Below, piece after piece: positions 18,557 to 29,696 of a stretch of DNA of 64,000 nt. The position numbers and the translations under genes were made by a program. Source of the DNA: a virus (taxonomy: Duplodnaviria > Heunggongvirae > Uroviricota > Caudoviricetes); IMG/VR virus record IMGVR_UViG_3300049044_000033, positions 350,796 through 414,795 of that record. One strand, written 5' to 3'. The notes beneath the pieces were generated by a model. That model was not told the DNA's origin. It saw only the letters and a list, made by a program, of their open reading frames with translations, and did no database searches. The stretch's first letter is position 1. Each line of letters opens with the position of its first letter.

Positions 18557-21500
18557 TGACCAGTAAGAAAAACCGCAGCCCATTTGCTTTTACACCGATT
18601 GTTCTAGATCAGGACAATCACGAAAAGCGCCGCGTTATTAAGCAGCTACCAACTGTCCACCAAACTGAAACTCTACAGAAGTTCTTTGGTGCGACAGCTG
18701 ATCATCTGTTTGATACAGGTAAGGGTAAGCCAATTAACGGCTATGTGGGTCAGAAGCCACTATGGTATGATCCTGACCAAGATTACTACTTGGAAGAAAC
18801 AACCGGTGATCGTTCTTTCTATCAGCTTGAAGCAAGCATGGTTAGCAAGAACGAAGAAGGCGAGCTTACCGATCTCCTCCCTTATTCTGATCTTGTTAAT
18901 CAGTTAAGATTCCAAGGCGCACTGACAAACAACCACAACAGGTTGTTTAGCCAGGACTTCTACACTTGGTGCCCGCCGATTGATTTAGATAAAATCATCA
19001 ACTTCCGTCAGTATGTCTGGCTTCCTATCAATGATGTTGCTCCTACGAGCACGTTTGAGAATGGCCAGTATGATGGATGGGTTTTGGCTAACGGTCAGCC
19101 TGGGCCAGTTGAGGGACCGTCAGCAGGTTTTAGTAAATTCCTTGGTCGTTTTGCAGGATCCAATGGAGATCAGGTCGTAAGCAAAACCTACAGTCTAAAT
19201 GGTAATCTCACCAATACTGAAATTGAGTTCGACTTCCTGAAGATTGACTCTTGGGATGCAAGTAGCCAAAATGCAGGATCCAATGAACGCATTGTTGTCT
19301 ATGTGAATGATCAGATTGCCTTTGAGTATATTCCAGTTGGTATCTTCTCCGAAGGCGGTCAGAGCATTGGCTCGGGCTCAATTGCTATCGACGATATTAA
19401 TGGCACCTATCAGGTAACATCTCCAGGAGCAGACAGTCATCTGGGCGGAAGTTCAACATGGACTGATCGTGTCTATCATGTGAAGATGAAGCTGCAAGGC
19501 ACCGGGCATACTCTTAAGCTAGGATTTGGTTCAACCACAAATCAGGTGCTTAATGACGAATCCCTCGGCATCGATAATATCAGAGTTAGTCAGAGTTCAA
19601 ACACTGCTATGGTCCTCAGGGGTCCTACGGTTAAACTAAAGAGTAAGGGAACCACGAAGGAATTCTGGCTCCCAGGCTATGGTCCTAATGGCGATATTGA
19701 TCTACGTCAGTTTTATGACCTCTCAGTTCTAACTGACAGTTTGATTAAAGTTTCTGTAGATGGTTCAGCTCGTCCTTTTACCTACACTACTGGTCAAGAA
19801 AAGATTGTATTCTCTCAGACTCCTGCAGAAGACTCTGAAGTAATCATCAGTGTCTACAGTGATCTTGAGAACAATGCTATTGGTTTAGCATCTGCAAATC
19901 CTAAGGCGTTTGGTGGTCTCCAGCTAAGTTCAAATATGCGAGTCTCTGTTCTTCTTGATAAGAACTCGGACTTTAAGGCTGATGAAGTCTATATCATCGA
20001 AAATGTTGGTAGCTCTATTGAGTTAATCAAAGAAGAAGATTTGGGTGCAGGTAGCAGTCCAGATTACATGGTTATGGCACGTGGTGCCAAGGATCGTAAT
20101 GAATGGTCCACACGCAATCGCTGGTTCCATGTCAATACTTTGTCGGAAAACTTTGATCCAGACTATGTGTTGAATCAGAGGGCTGATCGTCCAATCGTAG
20201 AGTTTAAGCGTGGTTTGGAGCTCTACAACTATGGTATTGCTCGTCGTCTAGATGTTGACCTGGTGGTCGAAAACATCGAAGACTTGAATGGCTACATGAA
20301 TCAGAACCCGGCTAATATTGTTCTTGATGGTATTGCAATCAAGGCAATCGGCAGCAACTTGATTAATGTAACAGCCGTGGACCCAATCAGCGGAGTCACC
20401 TATGGTGATCGCACTAGCATCCGTATTATGGTACGCAACACTGTTAATAGCCTCCTCAATAATAACGTCCTAGTGCTAGTAAACCAAAATGGCGTTCTCA
20501 AGCTAATCCTAGAGACCGATGGTGAGAACCCTAGTGGTATTCCGGTGTATGGCGAAGTGTTCAAGGTCAAGCTGGGAACATACTCTGGCGAAAACCTACA
20601 CTGGAACGGGACCAGTTGGGTAGTAGGTCAGAAAAAGACCAAGGTCAATCAGTCTCCACTATTTGAGCTGTATGACTTGAACCAGAACAGCTTGAGTGAT
20701 ATTGGTCTGTATCCTAACAGCACATTTGAGGGTTCAAAGCTGTTTAGCTACCAGGAAGATAATACTGGTGTTCGAGTAGCTGATCCTATCCTAGGTATTG
20801 CGCTAGTTCACGATAATAAGGGACAGATCCAGTTTGAGAACTACCTAAATACTAAGACTTACCAGTATAATGTAGCGGGTAAGTTCTACGACATTGGTGG
20901 CTTCTATTTCCATAGAAACAATGAAGAGAATTCTTTCTCCAATGACTGGTACAAAGCACCTGAAACAACTCAACAGTTCATGATTGATCGCTATGTGAGC
21001 GATGGTCGAAGCAAGTTGTTTGACATTAGTCAGAATGCTGAAAAGCTCATTGTTACGCTTGGTAGGATCAATGAGAGTAAGTCTTTTGAACAGACGGTTT
21101 TAGTTGAAGACGTTGACTTTATTAGGGTCGGACGTCAGATCATGATCTTTGTTATCAAATCTGGCGATGTAATTGAGATTCGTTCCTATAGTTCGGAGAA
21201 CCCACCACTTGACGCTAAGGGACATTATGAGGTTCCTCTGAACCTACAAGCCAACCCAGACAATGCTGAAGTAACGACCTTGACCAAGGGTGACTTCTAC
21301 AGTCACTTCAGTGAGATCATGAAGAAGCAGACTGGCTTTAATGGCGCAGAATACGCTCTGAACAATTACCGAGATACCGCTAAGGTTCTAAACCTTGGTA
21401 CTCACATTATTCAGCATTCTGCCGGTCTTCTTAAGACTATGCTTCTAGCTAGTAACCAGCAGTTGGATCTGACCGCTGCTATTCGCTTTGTTGAATCTGA

Positions 21501-24500
21501 GTATTCCAGGTTCAAGGCTAAGTTCCAGCAGAAAATCATAACCTATGATAACCAAGGTTCGTTGTCTAATGCGTCTTCCGATAACGTGTGGATCAATACG
21601 GCTCTGGATGACTTAAACAAAGGCAAAACTAAGCAGTTCCCATTCTACCTCAGTGGTATGGCAAAGAATGAAGACAATCAGTTACCTACATTCATTCCAC
21701 CCACTCCTAGCTTCCTAGGTGTATATCCCCTATATGCCCCTGAGGTTGTCAGTGAGAATGTGTCTGATGATGAAGGTAACGTGGCTGCTGTTTGGTTCGT
21801 AAGGGGACATGACGGGTCCCTAACCCAAGCAGAGAACGAAACATGCGCCCGAGTATTGTTTGCTTTAGAGCAGCGCATCTTCAATAGCGTTCCATCTACA
21901 ATCCGAGATCGCGAACGTCCGGCTTGTGACATCTTGCTTGCTTATGGTGATCAATACCGCAGGAATGACTACACTTATGACGAGTTCAAGCAGATTCTTC
22001 GTCCTTCTTTTGAACGTTGGGCTGTAGCTTATCGCTTGGATGTAAGGTCGAATGAAAGCTTTGAGGAAAACAATCCTTGGACCTGGAACTGGTCATCGGT
22101 CCCTTCAACTAACGGTGATAAGATTCCTGGTCACTGGCGCGGTATCTATGAAAAGTTCTATGGAACTCAGCGTCCAGACTTGACTCCTTGGGAATCGCTA
22201 GGATTCGCAATTAAGCCAGTTTGGTGGGATAACCGTTATGGTGGTGCCCCTTACACAAGTGAAAACCTTGTCCTGTGGGATGACCTCGAAAAGGGCTATA
22301 TCCACGACGGTGATCGCAAGGGTATTAACACCTCTTTGGCTCGTCCAGGTCTATCGCAGTTCATCCCAGTAGATCTCCGTGGTCGTTTGCGTCACCCTGG
22401 GCCACGTGATCTTATCGCTTACAATGAAGTAACCGAAGATACAGACTTAGCTTATGCCGGAGATCCGGAAGCTTGGGAAGACGAGCACGACGACGGGGTG
22501 CTAGGCTGCGGTATCATTCCACATGTGCCATTAGTGACCGATAGAAAGGCTGAATGGAACTATGGAGACATGGGTCCAACCGAACAGAACTGGAGGCGTT
22601 CGAGCTCATTTGCTTTTGCAATGGCCAATGCTACCTACTTGATGAAGCCAGCAGCTTTTGTTGAGCTTGGATGGAATACTCAAGACATTGATCTGTATTT
22701 TAAGGGAACTGCTAACGAACAGTGGTTGAACCAGGATACTATGGGCCGTCCAAGTCATAAGGAACTGCAGGTTCATGGTGAGGTCCTCGATGATTTCAGC
22801 TTGGTCACAAAGGTAGGTATCCAGCAGTGGGTCAGTGATTTCCTCACTAACCGCAATTCGGATATTAACACAAACTTGGCCGAAAAGGTCCGAGGTCTAG
22901 GAAGCCAGCTTTCCTATAAGGTTGGAGGCTTTTCCGACTCTTCGACTCTAGTTGCTGTGAGTGATGCTTTTGGTCGAATCCCAAGTGAAGATGTTACGAT
23001 CACAAACTACAGAAGCCCTAGTATTCGTGAAGAAACCTACAGCGGTGTCTTGATTGAATACAAAGGTGATAGCTATGAGGTATATGGATATGATTCACTG
23101 AATCCATACTTCACAACAGCTCTTCCTGATGTGAGTGGTCGTCGTATAACTGTTGGTAGTGGAATCAAGGCCTCTACTCCTACTCCACTATGGCGTCCGA
23201 CTACCTATTACCAGGTCAACATTACTGTCAAGCACGAAGATGAATTCTTCCGTGCTACAAAGACCCACACTAGCTCTAGCTTCTTTGAACCAGAATTTTG
23301 GACTGCTGTGCCTCGCCCTCAATATGCAGACGGTGGTGCGTTGACCTGGTATCTAGACGCTAATATCAACAATGCTGTTGATAAGGTAGCATATGGTACA
23401 GTCTTCAAGACTCCACAGAGTCTGGCTGACTTTATCAATGGCTATGACCGCTATTTGAAATCAAGGGGATGGGTATTTTCTGCGGTAAATGACGATCAGA
23501 GTGATATCCGAGATTGGAGGTCTGCTCTAACTAGCTTTATCACATGGAGTAGCAACCCCGAGCGCCAAGAAGGTGACTTCTTAGCTTTAAGTCCATTCTC
23601 TACTTTGGCACAGTTTACTTCAGAGCATGGTTCTATCCAGCCTGTAGAACAGATTGTAAATGGCCTTTACGCTGTGGTTGATCAAAATGGTCAACCAATT
23701 GATCCAAAAGATACGCATGTTGTTCGAACAGATGGTAACATTAACATTGCCTGTAATGCAACTAAGCAGGGTATCTTTGGTCTTCGTCTATATATCAGTG
23801 AAATTGAACACGTTCTGGTATTCAACAATCAGACTATCTTCGGAGATACTATCTATAGCCCACTGCTGAATATCAAGCAGCCACGTATTCGCTTACAGGG
23901 CTTTAAGACTATCAATTGGAAGGGACGTCTAGATGCTCCGGGCTTCATCGTTACCGGTGACACCTTGACACCTAACTTTGAACGAGCAGCAGACGACTTC
24001 CGTCGCTTCTTCGAAATTGAAACTATGGAGAACAAGACACTCCAGGATCGTGCCCGTGCTAACTTTGGGTATGAAGAGCGTGAATACCTCAACAACCTAT
24101 TGCTGACTTCTACTAACCAGTTTGAATTCTATCAGGGTATGATTCAGCAGAAGGGTTCGCCAACGTCTATGACTAGGCTTCTTCGCAGCAATTTCATCCG
24201 CCACAACAAGGGTCTGAAGCTGTTTGAAGAATGGGCTTTCCGAGTTGGCGACTACGGCGGTCAAGAAGTTACTCCACAGCTTGATATCCACATCCGTCAA
24301 AGTGAGTTTAAGAACAATCCTCAGTTGATCAAGTTCTCAAATGTCGAAGAAGAAAACACCTATGGTGTGATCACGGTAGTGGATACTAAGAATCCAGATG
24401 GTTCTCTTGATCAGCTTGATACTCGTTGGAACTGGCGCCCTGATATCTCTGATATCAATTGGCCGACTAAGGATTATGTTGATACCATCGGTTTACCACC

Positions 24501-27500
24501 AACGGCTGGTCCAGTTAATTTGGATGAGGTAAGGTTTACTGTCTCAACTCATGAGGAATTCTCTAATCTCTATAGCCAGACCTTGAGCAATGAAGAAGAG
24601 GTAAATGACCGTGATCGTGCATGGGTCTACGGTATCGGAGAAGGAGATCCAAGGACAGCATGGAAGACCTATAAGTTCAATGATACTGGTTACAAGATTG
24701 TTTCAGCTTTTGAATCAACCTTCCCAGACCAGGGTGCTGTAATTCAGCTAAACCAGAACGTTAAAGGCTTCAATGGTTCAAACAATCCTTGGAACTCGAC
24801 TTTCTACCTCAACCAGCCAATAAACTCAGGCCAGGTCGATGAGAATGGATTCACAATTTCGGGTGAGATGCTTCATCTCAAGAACCTTGCGGGTTCGGAC
24901 CTCAGTGATCATTTGACCTATGTCCCAAGGTTCAGGAATAGATTAGTAGAGGAATTTAATCAGACCAACAACGCAATGTTGATGGGATTCGTACCAAGCG
25001 CAGGACAGTTTATTAAGAGCATTACTGTAGTGGTTGATGAAGCATTTGCACCTGGTTCTACTTTGGCGATAGGTCACACTGAAACACCTGAACTATTCTT
25101 GGCTGAAGGTGTATTGAACCTGAGCGTTGAAGGTTCATTTACTATTAGCCCATCGATGTTCCCTTGGAATACTACTTTGGCTAATGGAGCAACCTTCATG
25201 ACCGTGGACCTAGTGTCCATGAGTTCGTATGGTAGCTTGAGGGTGATGGTTGATTACTATTACACCAAGGGTTTCGAAATCCAGGAAGTGCTCAATGGAG
25301 GCTTAGTACCGCATTATGTGAATGTTGAAGGCGGCACGGGCGATATCTTCACTTGGACGCTGACACGTTATCCAACCCTAGCCTCGATTCCAACTCTCTC
25401 GGGATTGTGGGATGAAGGTGATATTGTGGAAGTTGATTCAGGTATTGAATCAAATCGCTGGAGCACCTTTAAGCGAGTAAATGGTTCTTGGTCTGAGATT
25501 CGTCGCCAGAATCGTAAGATCAACAGCGAACTACTCACAAGCGCGGCGATCTTTAATTCTACTGAGAACAAAATGAAGCTTGTTCTACAGCTTTATGATC
25601 CACTAAAGGGTTACATTCCTGGCACTGCGGATCGTGAACTTGAATTCAAGACCAAGAATGATCCAGCAATTTACAGTTCTGGACTAATGGTCTGGGGCAA
25701 GGATCAAGTAGGTAAGCTTTGGTGGGATCTGAACTCTGTTCGTTACTTGGATTATGAAATCTATGATAACCTACAGGGAGACATTAACTACCGCTGGAAG
25801 AACTGGGGTCGTGTTGCTCCTAATTCTAATGTTGATATCTACGAATGGACCCGTAGTCCAGTTGCGCCTAATGCTTGGCAGGATTATGTGGAAAGCCGTT
25901 CTAACCTGAAGATTGACAACAAGCCTACAGGTGAAGCGTTTGACACTACGCCTTATATCATTGATATTGAATGGAATGATGATATTCAGGCTGAGGAAAC
26001 AGTTTACTACTTCTGGGTTAAGAATCCCTCAGTAGTACCTGGTATCCCTGAGCGCAAATTGTCAGCTCGTCAGGTCTCGAACATCATTGCTAACCCAAGC
26101 GCTCAGGATATTCCTTACTTTGCGGTTATTGATACCAACAAGGTAGTTGTTGGTGGTATAAGGCAGCACTTGGATGAAGACAATACAGTTCTGAAAATCA
26201 AGTGGACCAAAGACACTGAGGTAGTGAATAACCACCATAAGCAGTGGATGATCCTGCGCGAAGAAGATGAGCGCAATACAATCAATGACTCGCTTTGGAA
26301 CAAGATGCGCGACTCGATTGTTGGTTGGGACGCAACTCAGGCTTACGTGCCTGATGCTCGTTTGCCAAAAGCTCAGCAGGTTGGTGCTCTAATTCGTCCA
26401 CGTCAGTCTTGGTTCCCAGTTGATAACACAATTGCTGGACCTCGTCCGAGCCGTGACGCACGTGAAGCTTTTGTGGATATCATAAATGATATCTTGGCTG
26501 CTTCTCCCTTCATCGAGCAGTGGACAGATTGGGAAGGTCTATTCAATGTTGGCGAAAGCCTTCCAAGCTCTGATCGCTACGTTGCTACAGCTTTGGATCT
26601 AGCAGACCTTGCCAACTTGCTTCCAGCAAGTCGTAATATGGTCCAAGTGGACGAATGTGTTCTTATTGAGAATACTGCTGAGGCTTCGGGTTTCTGGACC
26701 CTATGGAAGCTTGTAGAAGTTAATGGCCAGAGAACCTTTATCCTAGAAGATCTACAGAAGTGGAGGATGCAGGAAGGAGAGTTGTGGAACCTAGCCGATT
26801 GGTATGCTGAGGGTTGGGCAGCAAGCAACTTCCCCAACTATCGTTTCGCTACTGAGGCAGACCGCACCGCAGCTGGTAACCTAGACATCACCCTCTTGAA
26901 GGGCACATTGGTTCAGGTTGACCACAGCGATACTGATAACCGTTGGACATGGGACGTTTATACCAGCACTACAAAGTATCAGGTTGCTAAGGCAAAGAGC
27001 ACAATGAAGCTGAGTAATGCGTTCTATGATAGCTCGCGCGTAGCTTTTGGTCCAAATGAAGTAAAGGACATTCTTACCACTAACGTAGAAACACGAATCA
27101 CTCCTAGCAGGATTCAGGAACTCGCTGATATCATCAACAACCGTGATGGTAGCCGCGAAATTGAGTTCATGCTCAACATGTTGAAGAACTCACTCTTTGA
27201 TGTGTTACAGAGGAACAAGCTGTTCTTCAGCATGGTTAAGAGCGCGTTCAAGCAGAGCCAAGTTATCGATTGGGCATTTAAGACTTCCTTCCTCTACTTG
27301 GGTGGATATTCGGAAACCCTGCGTCAAAGTCCAGTGGCATTTAAGGACCAGATTGACAACGTTATTGCTTACTTGGAAGAGGTAAAGCCATACCACGTTA
27401 AGATTCGTGAATATGTGCGTCGTCTAAGCTATGGCCCAGATGTGGCCGACTTGGCTATGACTGACTTTGATAAGCCGGTCTATCCAGATGGTCAGGCCAA

Positions 27501-29055
27501 TAAGGTACTGGATCCTAATAATTTGGCTGACCAAAAGATTCTAAGCCTTCAGCGTCCTTGGAAGGACTGGTATGAAAATTACCAGAAGCCAGTTGCTGAT
27601 TTAGAAGATTGGGATCTAAACTGGAATGGTGTTCGTAAGCTGAAGGTCAAAGTGAAGTTTGACCGTATTGCTTGTGGAACTGTTAATGGATGGGACACGA
27701 CTCCTTGGGATCCGGCACTTATGGTTTATAGCCAAATTGGTGGCGAAACTCAGAGCCTCAGTTCTCTTAATGCTCTCTACAGGAGCCAGAACACTCAAGG
27801 TGATCCGCTCTATTATAGGGATCAGGTTGTCGAGACTATTGAGGACCGTAACTATCTAGTCCGTAAGGGTATTGTGACAGAGGATCGCCCTGGAACAATC
27901 GTAACGGTTCTAGCAAGTGGCGAACACTTCATGTGGTCCGGCCAGGAATGGTTTGCTTTTGAATCAATCGGTTGGGATAAGGGACCAGACATGGGTGCTG
28001 TTTCTAGAACCGAAGCAGCTTACCGCCCGCTGCCCGGAATGACTAGGGCAGATGACCCAGGCTTAATTGCCGGCTGTGAATTTGACGGAACTGTGATCAG
28101 CAGCAATTTCGTACAGGATGAATGGGATATCTTTGAATGGGATTCCACTGGTTACAGTCAGGGTCTTCGCGAACATGTTGGTGTGGATCTGGATACTATC
28201 GAGGGCAACACAACGGCTCAGGACGAAAGTGATCCAACTAACATCAAGATCTCTGGCAACGAGTTTGCTCAGCCTAATAGAGATTCGGGTCGCCCGCACG
28301 AACTAGTTCAGATTCGTGGTCTAGAAAGCATTGTGATCAATGTAAAGCAAAATGGTACACCTTACCAGAAGAGCTTTATGAATGCTATGCAGGTATGGCA
28401 GGATACGAAACTTGAAGCTAACGGTATGACCTTTAGTGCTTGGGATCAGAACCTCAAGACCCTAACTGTTAATGTTAGTGGCTGGTCCGAAGATGCCAAT
28501 GGATTTACCCCGCTTCATGATCCACAGAACCCATCAACTGGCTTTATCCGCGATATCATGCTGTCGAAAGGCTACAGGTCAGCAAGCAATGTAAACATGA
28601 CCACGGCTGGAACTAAGACCTTCAAGCTTCGTGATCTTGCCGATGTTGACGGTATCCCTGCAGGTCTGATGGGTAATGGAGTCAAGGTTGCAGTAGTTAA
28701 TACTCAGGATCCTTCGAAGAGAGCTATCGGTGTAGTGTCTAATACACGCGGTAATGAGAAGACCTGGAATGGTTCAATCTCGGTTACCTTTACCGATGGC
28801 TTTGTGGATCTTGGATCTGGTAAGTCTTGGAACATTATTCCAGTTGATATGTTCAATGAACCAGGTATTGTGTGGATTGACAATGCTCGCTTCACCTACA
28901 CTGAAGTTCAGCGCAACGGTAACCTGGTAACTCTCAAGAATGCGAGACTATCAGCAAGTTCTCTTGGCTGTCTAGAGATTGCCGAAGATAACAGCTTGAC
29001 TCTGAAGAGCACTAACACCGTTCTTGATGGTTCAAAGCACCGTCAAAACACCTAA
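18556..29055 (+). CDS. giant (3499 aa) baseplate wedge/structural protein
   Basis: Uninterrupted 10.5-kb ORF coupled to gp6; WCPPIDLDKIINFRQYVW, EEWAFRVGDYG, YLEEVKPYHVKIRE motifs of jumbo-phage baseplate proteins. Confidence 0.8.
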   Translation: MTSKKNRSPFAFTPIVLDQDNHEKRRVIKQLPTVHQTETLQKFFGATADHLFDTGKGKPINGYVGQKPLWYDPDQDYYLEETTGDRSFYQLEASMVSKNEEGELTDLLPYSDLVNQLRFQGALTNNHNRLFSQDFYTWCPPIDLDKIINFRQYVWLPINDVAPTSTFENGQYDGWVLANGQPGPVEGPSAGFSKFLGRFAGSNGDQVVSKTYSLNGNLTNTEIEFDFLKIDSWDASSQNAGSNERIVVYVNDQIAFEYIPVGIFSEGGQSIGSGSIAIDDINGTYQVTSPGADSHLGGSSTWTDRVYHVKMKLQGTGHTLKLGFGSTTNQVLNDESLGIDNIRVSQSSNTAMVLRGPTVKLKSKGTTKEFWLPGYGPNGDIDLRQFYDLSVLTDSLIKVSVDGSARPFTYTTGQEKIVFSQTPAEDSEVIISVYSDLENNAIGLASANPKAFGGLQLSSNMRVSVLLDKNSDFKADEVYIIENVGSSIELIKEEDLGAGSSPDYMVMARGAKDRNEWSTRNRWFHVNTLSENFDPDYVLNQRADRPIVEFKRGLELYNYGIARRLDVDLVVENIEDLNGYMNQNPANIVLDGIAIKAIGSNLINVTAVDPISGVTYGDRTSIRIMVRNTVNSLLNNNVLVLVNQNGVLKLILETDGENPSGIPVYGEVFKVKLGTYSGENLHWNGTSWVVGQKKTKVNQSPLFELYDLNQNSLSDIGLYPNSTFEGSKLFSYQEDNTGVRVADPILGIALVHDNKGQIQFENYLNTKTYQYNVAGKFYDIGGFYFHRNNEENSFSNDWYKAPETTQQFMIDRYVSDGRSKLFDISQNAEKLIVTLGRINESKSFEQTVLVEDVDFIRVGRQIMIFVIKSGDVIEIRSYSSENPPLDAKGHYEVPLNLQANPDNAEVTTLTKGDFYSHFSEIMKKQTGFNGAEYALNNYRDTAKVLNLGTHIIQHSAGLLKTMLLASNQQLDLTAAIRFVESEYSRFKAKFQQKIITYDNQGSLSNASSDNVWINTALDDLNKGKTKQFPFYLSGMAKNEDNQLPTFIPPTPSFLGVYPLYAPEVVSENVSDDEGNVAAVWFVRGHDGSLTQAENETCARVLFALEQRIFNSVPSTIRDRERPACDILLAYGDQYRRNDYTYDEFKQILRPSFERWAVAYRLDVRSNESFEENNPWTWNWSSVPSTNGDKIPGHWRGIYEKFYGTQRPDLTPWESLGFAIKPVWWDNRYGGAPYTSENLVLWDDLEKGYIHDGDRKGINTSLARPGLSQFIPVDLRGRLRHPGPRDLIAYNEVTEDTDLAYAGDPEAWEDEHDDGVLGCGIIPHVPLVTDRKAEWNYGDMGPTEQNWRRSSSFAFAMANATYLMKPAAFVELGWNTQDIDLYFKGTANEQWLNQDTMGRPSHKELQVHGEVLDDFSLVTKVGIQQWVSDFLTNRNSDINTNLAEKVRGLGSQLSYKVGGFSDSSTLVAVSDAFGRIPSEDVTITNYRSPSIREETYSGVLIEYKGDSYEVYGYDSLNPYFTTALPDVSGRRITVGSGIKASTPTPLWRPTTYYQVNITVKHEDEFFRATKTHTSSSFFEPEFWTAVPRPQYADGGALTWYLDANINNAVDKVAYGTVFKTPQSLADFINGYDRYLKSRGWVFSAVNDDQSDIRDWRSALTSFITWSSNPERQEGDFLALSPFSTLAQFTSEHGSIQPVEQIVNGLYAVVDQNGQPIDPKDTHVVRTDGNINIACNATKQGIFGLRLYISEIEHVLVFNNQTIFGDTIYSPLLNIKQPRIRLQGFKTINWKGRLDAPGFIVTGDTLTPNFERAADDFRRFFEIETMENKTLQDRARANFGYEEREYLNNLLLTSTNQFEFYQGMIQQKGSPTSMTRLLRSNFIRHNKGLKLFEEWAFRVGDYGGQEVTPQLDIHIRQSEFKNNPQLIKFSNVEEENTYGVITVVDTKNPDGSLDQLDTRWNWRPDISDINWPTKDYVDTIGLPPTAGPVNLDEVRFTVSTHEEFSNLYSQTLSNEEEVNDRDRAWVYGIGEGDPRTAWKTYKFNDTGYKIVSAFESTFPDQGAVIQLNQNVKGFNGSNNPWNSTFYLNQPINSGQVDENGFTISGEMLHLKNLAGSDLSDHLTYVPRFRNRLVEEFNQTNNAMLMGFVPSAGQFIKSITVVVDEAFAPGSTLAIGHTETPELFLAEGVLNLSVEGSFTISPSMFPWNTTLANGATFMTVDLVSMSSYGSLRVMVDYYYTKGFEIQEVLNGGLVPHYVNVEGGTGDIFTWTLTRYPTLASIPTLSGLWDEGDIVEVDSGIESNRWSTFKRVNGSWSEIRRQNRKINSELLTSAAIFNSTENKMKLVLQLYDPLKGYIPGTADRELEFKTKNDPAIYSSGLMVWGKDQVGKLWWDLNSVRYLDYEIYDNLQGDINYRWKNWGRVAPNSNVDIYEWTRSPVAPNAWQDYVESRSNLKIDNKPTGEAFDTTPYIIDIEWNDDIQAEETVYYFWVKNPSVVPGIPERKLSARQVSNIIANPSAQDIPYFAVIDTNKVVVGGIRQHLDEDNTVLKIKWTKDTEVVNNHHKQWMILREEDERNTINDSLWNKMRDSIVGWDATQAYVPDARLPKAQQVGALIRPRQSWFPVDNTIAGPRPSRDAREAFVDIINDILAASPFIEQWTDWEGLFNVGESLPSSDRYVATALDLADLANLLPASRNMVQVDECVLIENTAEASGFWTLWKLVEVNGQRTFILEDLQKWRMQEGELWNLADWYAEGWAASNFPNYRFATEADRTAAGNLDITLLKGTLVQVDHSDTDNRWTWDVYTSTTKYQVAKAKSTMKLSNAFYDSSRVAFGPNEVKDILTTNVETRITPSRIQELADIINNRDGSREIEFMLNMLKNSLFDVLQRNKLFFSMVKSAFKQSQVIDWAFKTSFLYLGGYSETLRQSPVAFKDQIDNVIAYLEEVKPYHVKIREYVRRLSYGPDVADLAMTDFDKPVYPDGQANKVLDPNNLADQKILSLQRPWKDWYENYQKPVADLEDWDLNWNGVRKLKVKVKFDRIACGTVNGWDTTPWDPALMVYSQIGGETQSLSSLNALYRSQNTQGDPLYYRDQVVETIEDRNYLVRKGIVTEDRPGTIVTVLASGEHFMWSGQEWFAFESIGWDKGPDMGAVSRTEAAYRPLPGMTRADDPGLIAGCEFDGTVISSNFVQDEWDIFEWDSTGYSQGLREHVGVDLDTIEGNTTAQDESDPTNIKISGNEFAQPNRDSGRPHELVQIRGLESIVINVKQNGTPYQKSFMNAMQVWQDTKLEANGMTFSAWDQNLKTLTVNVSGWSEDANGFTPLHDPQNPSTGFIRDIMLSKGYRSASNVNMTTAGTKTFKLRDLADVDGIPAGLMGNGVKVAVVNTQDPSKRAIGVVSNTRGNEKTWNGSISVTFTDGFVDLGSGKSWNIIPVDMFNEPGIVWIDNARFTYTEVQRNGNLVTLKNARLSASSLGCLEIAEDNSLTLKSTNTVLDGSKHRQNT

Positions 29056-29061
29056 TAAATA
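29054..29061 (+). promoter_or_regulatory. putative late promoter AATAAATA
   Basis: TAAATA core upstream of structural gene 29087. Confidence 0.55.
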
Positions 29062-29086
29062 CACTGATAATAGGATTGGAGAGGTC

Positions 29087-29650
29087 ATGAGCGAAGAATT
29101 CCACGACGATGTTCTGCCCAAGATGACAGGTCACGTTTTGATTCGTGACCCAGAAACTGGTCAGGTAATCCTCGATAAGAAGAACGCTATTCACTATGAG
29201 AACATGAGTTTGGCTATTGGCTATGCTCTTGCGAATAAAGGTGAAGGTATCATCTACAGTATGGCTTTTGGTAATGGCGGTAGTGCGGTTAGTGGAACAG
29301 GTGCAATCACTTATTTCCCTACAAACACTCAGGATCCAAAAGCAGACCTATATGATCCTACCTACACAAAGAATATCGATGGTTCGACTAGCAACTTCAT
29401 CGAAGTAAAGCATCTTCTCGGTACACCTTATACTGATATCGTTGTTACCTGCACCCTAGATTATAACGAACCTAGTGGTCAGGCAGCTTTTGACGATGCC
29501 TCAAATTCCAATGACTCCTTTGTGTTTGACGAACTAGGTTTGAAAAACTCTGAGGGTATGTTGCTTACTCATGTGGTATTCAACCCAATCCAAAAGGCAC
29601 TCAATCGTCTTATTGAAGTGGTATATACCCTTCGAATCCAGATGAATTAA
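29087..29650 (+). CDS. virion structural (baseplate/tail) protein
   Basis: GHVLIRD...KKNAIHYEN...FDELGL...LLTHVVFNPIQK; GGAGAGG RBS. Confidence 0.75.
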   Translation: MSEEFHDDVLPKMTGHVLIRDPETGQVILDKKNAIHYENMSLAIGYALANKGEGIIYSMAFGNGGSAVSGTGAITYFPTNTQDPKADLYDPTYTKNIDGSTSNFIEVKHLLGTPYTDIVVTCTLDYNEPSGQAAFDDASNSNDSFVFDELGLKNSEGMLLTHVVFNPIQKALNRLIEVVYTLRIQMN

Positions 29651-29668
29651 CAGCGCGCTTTATAGGGC

Positions 29669-29676
29669 ACTAAATA
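29669..29676 (+). promoter_or_regulatory. putative late promoter ACTAAATA
   Basis: TAAATA core upstream of a fibre gene with AGGAGG RBS. Confidence 0.55.
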
Positions 29677-29696
29677 TCTAGGATTCAGGAGGGAAT

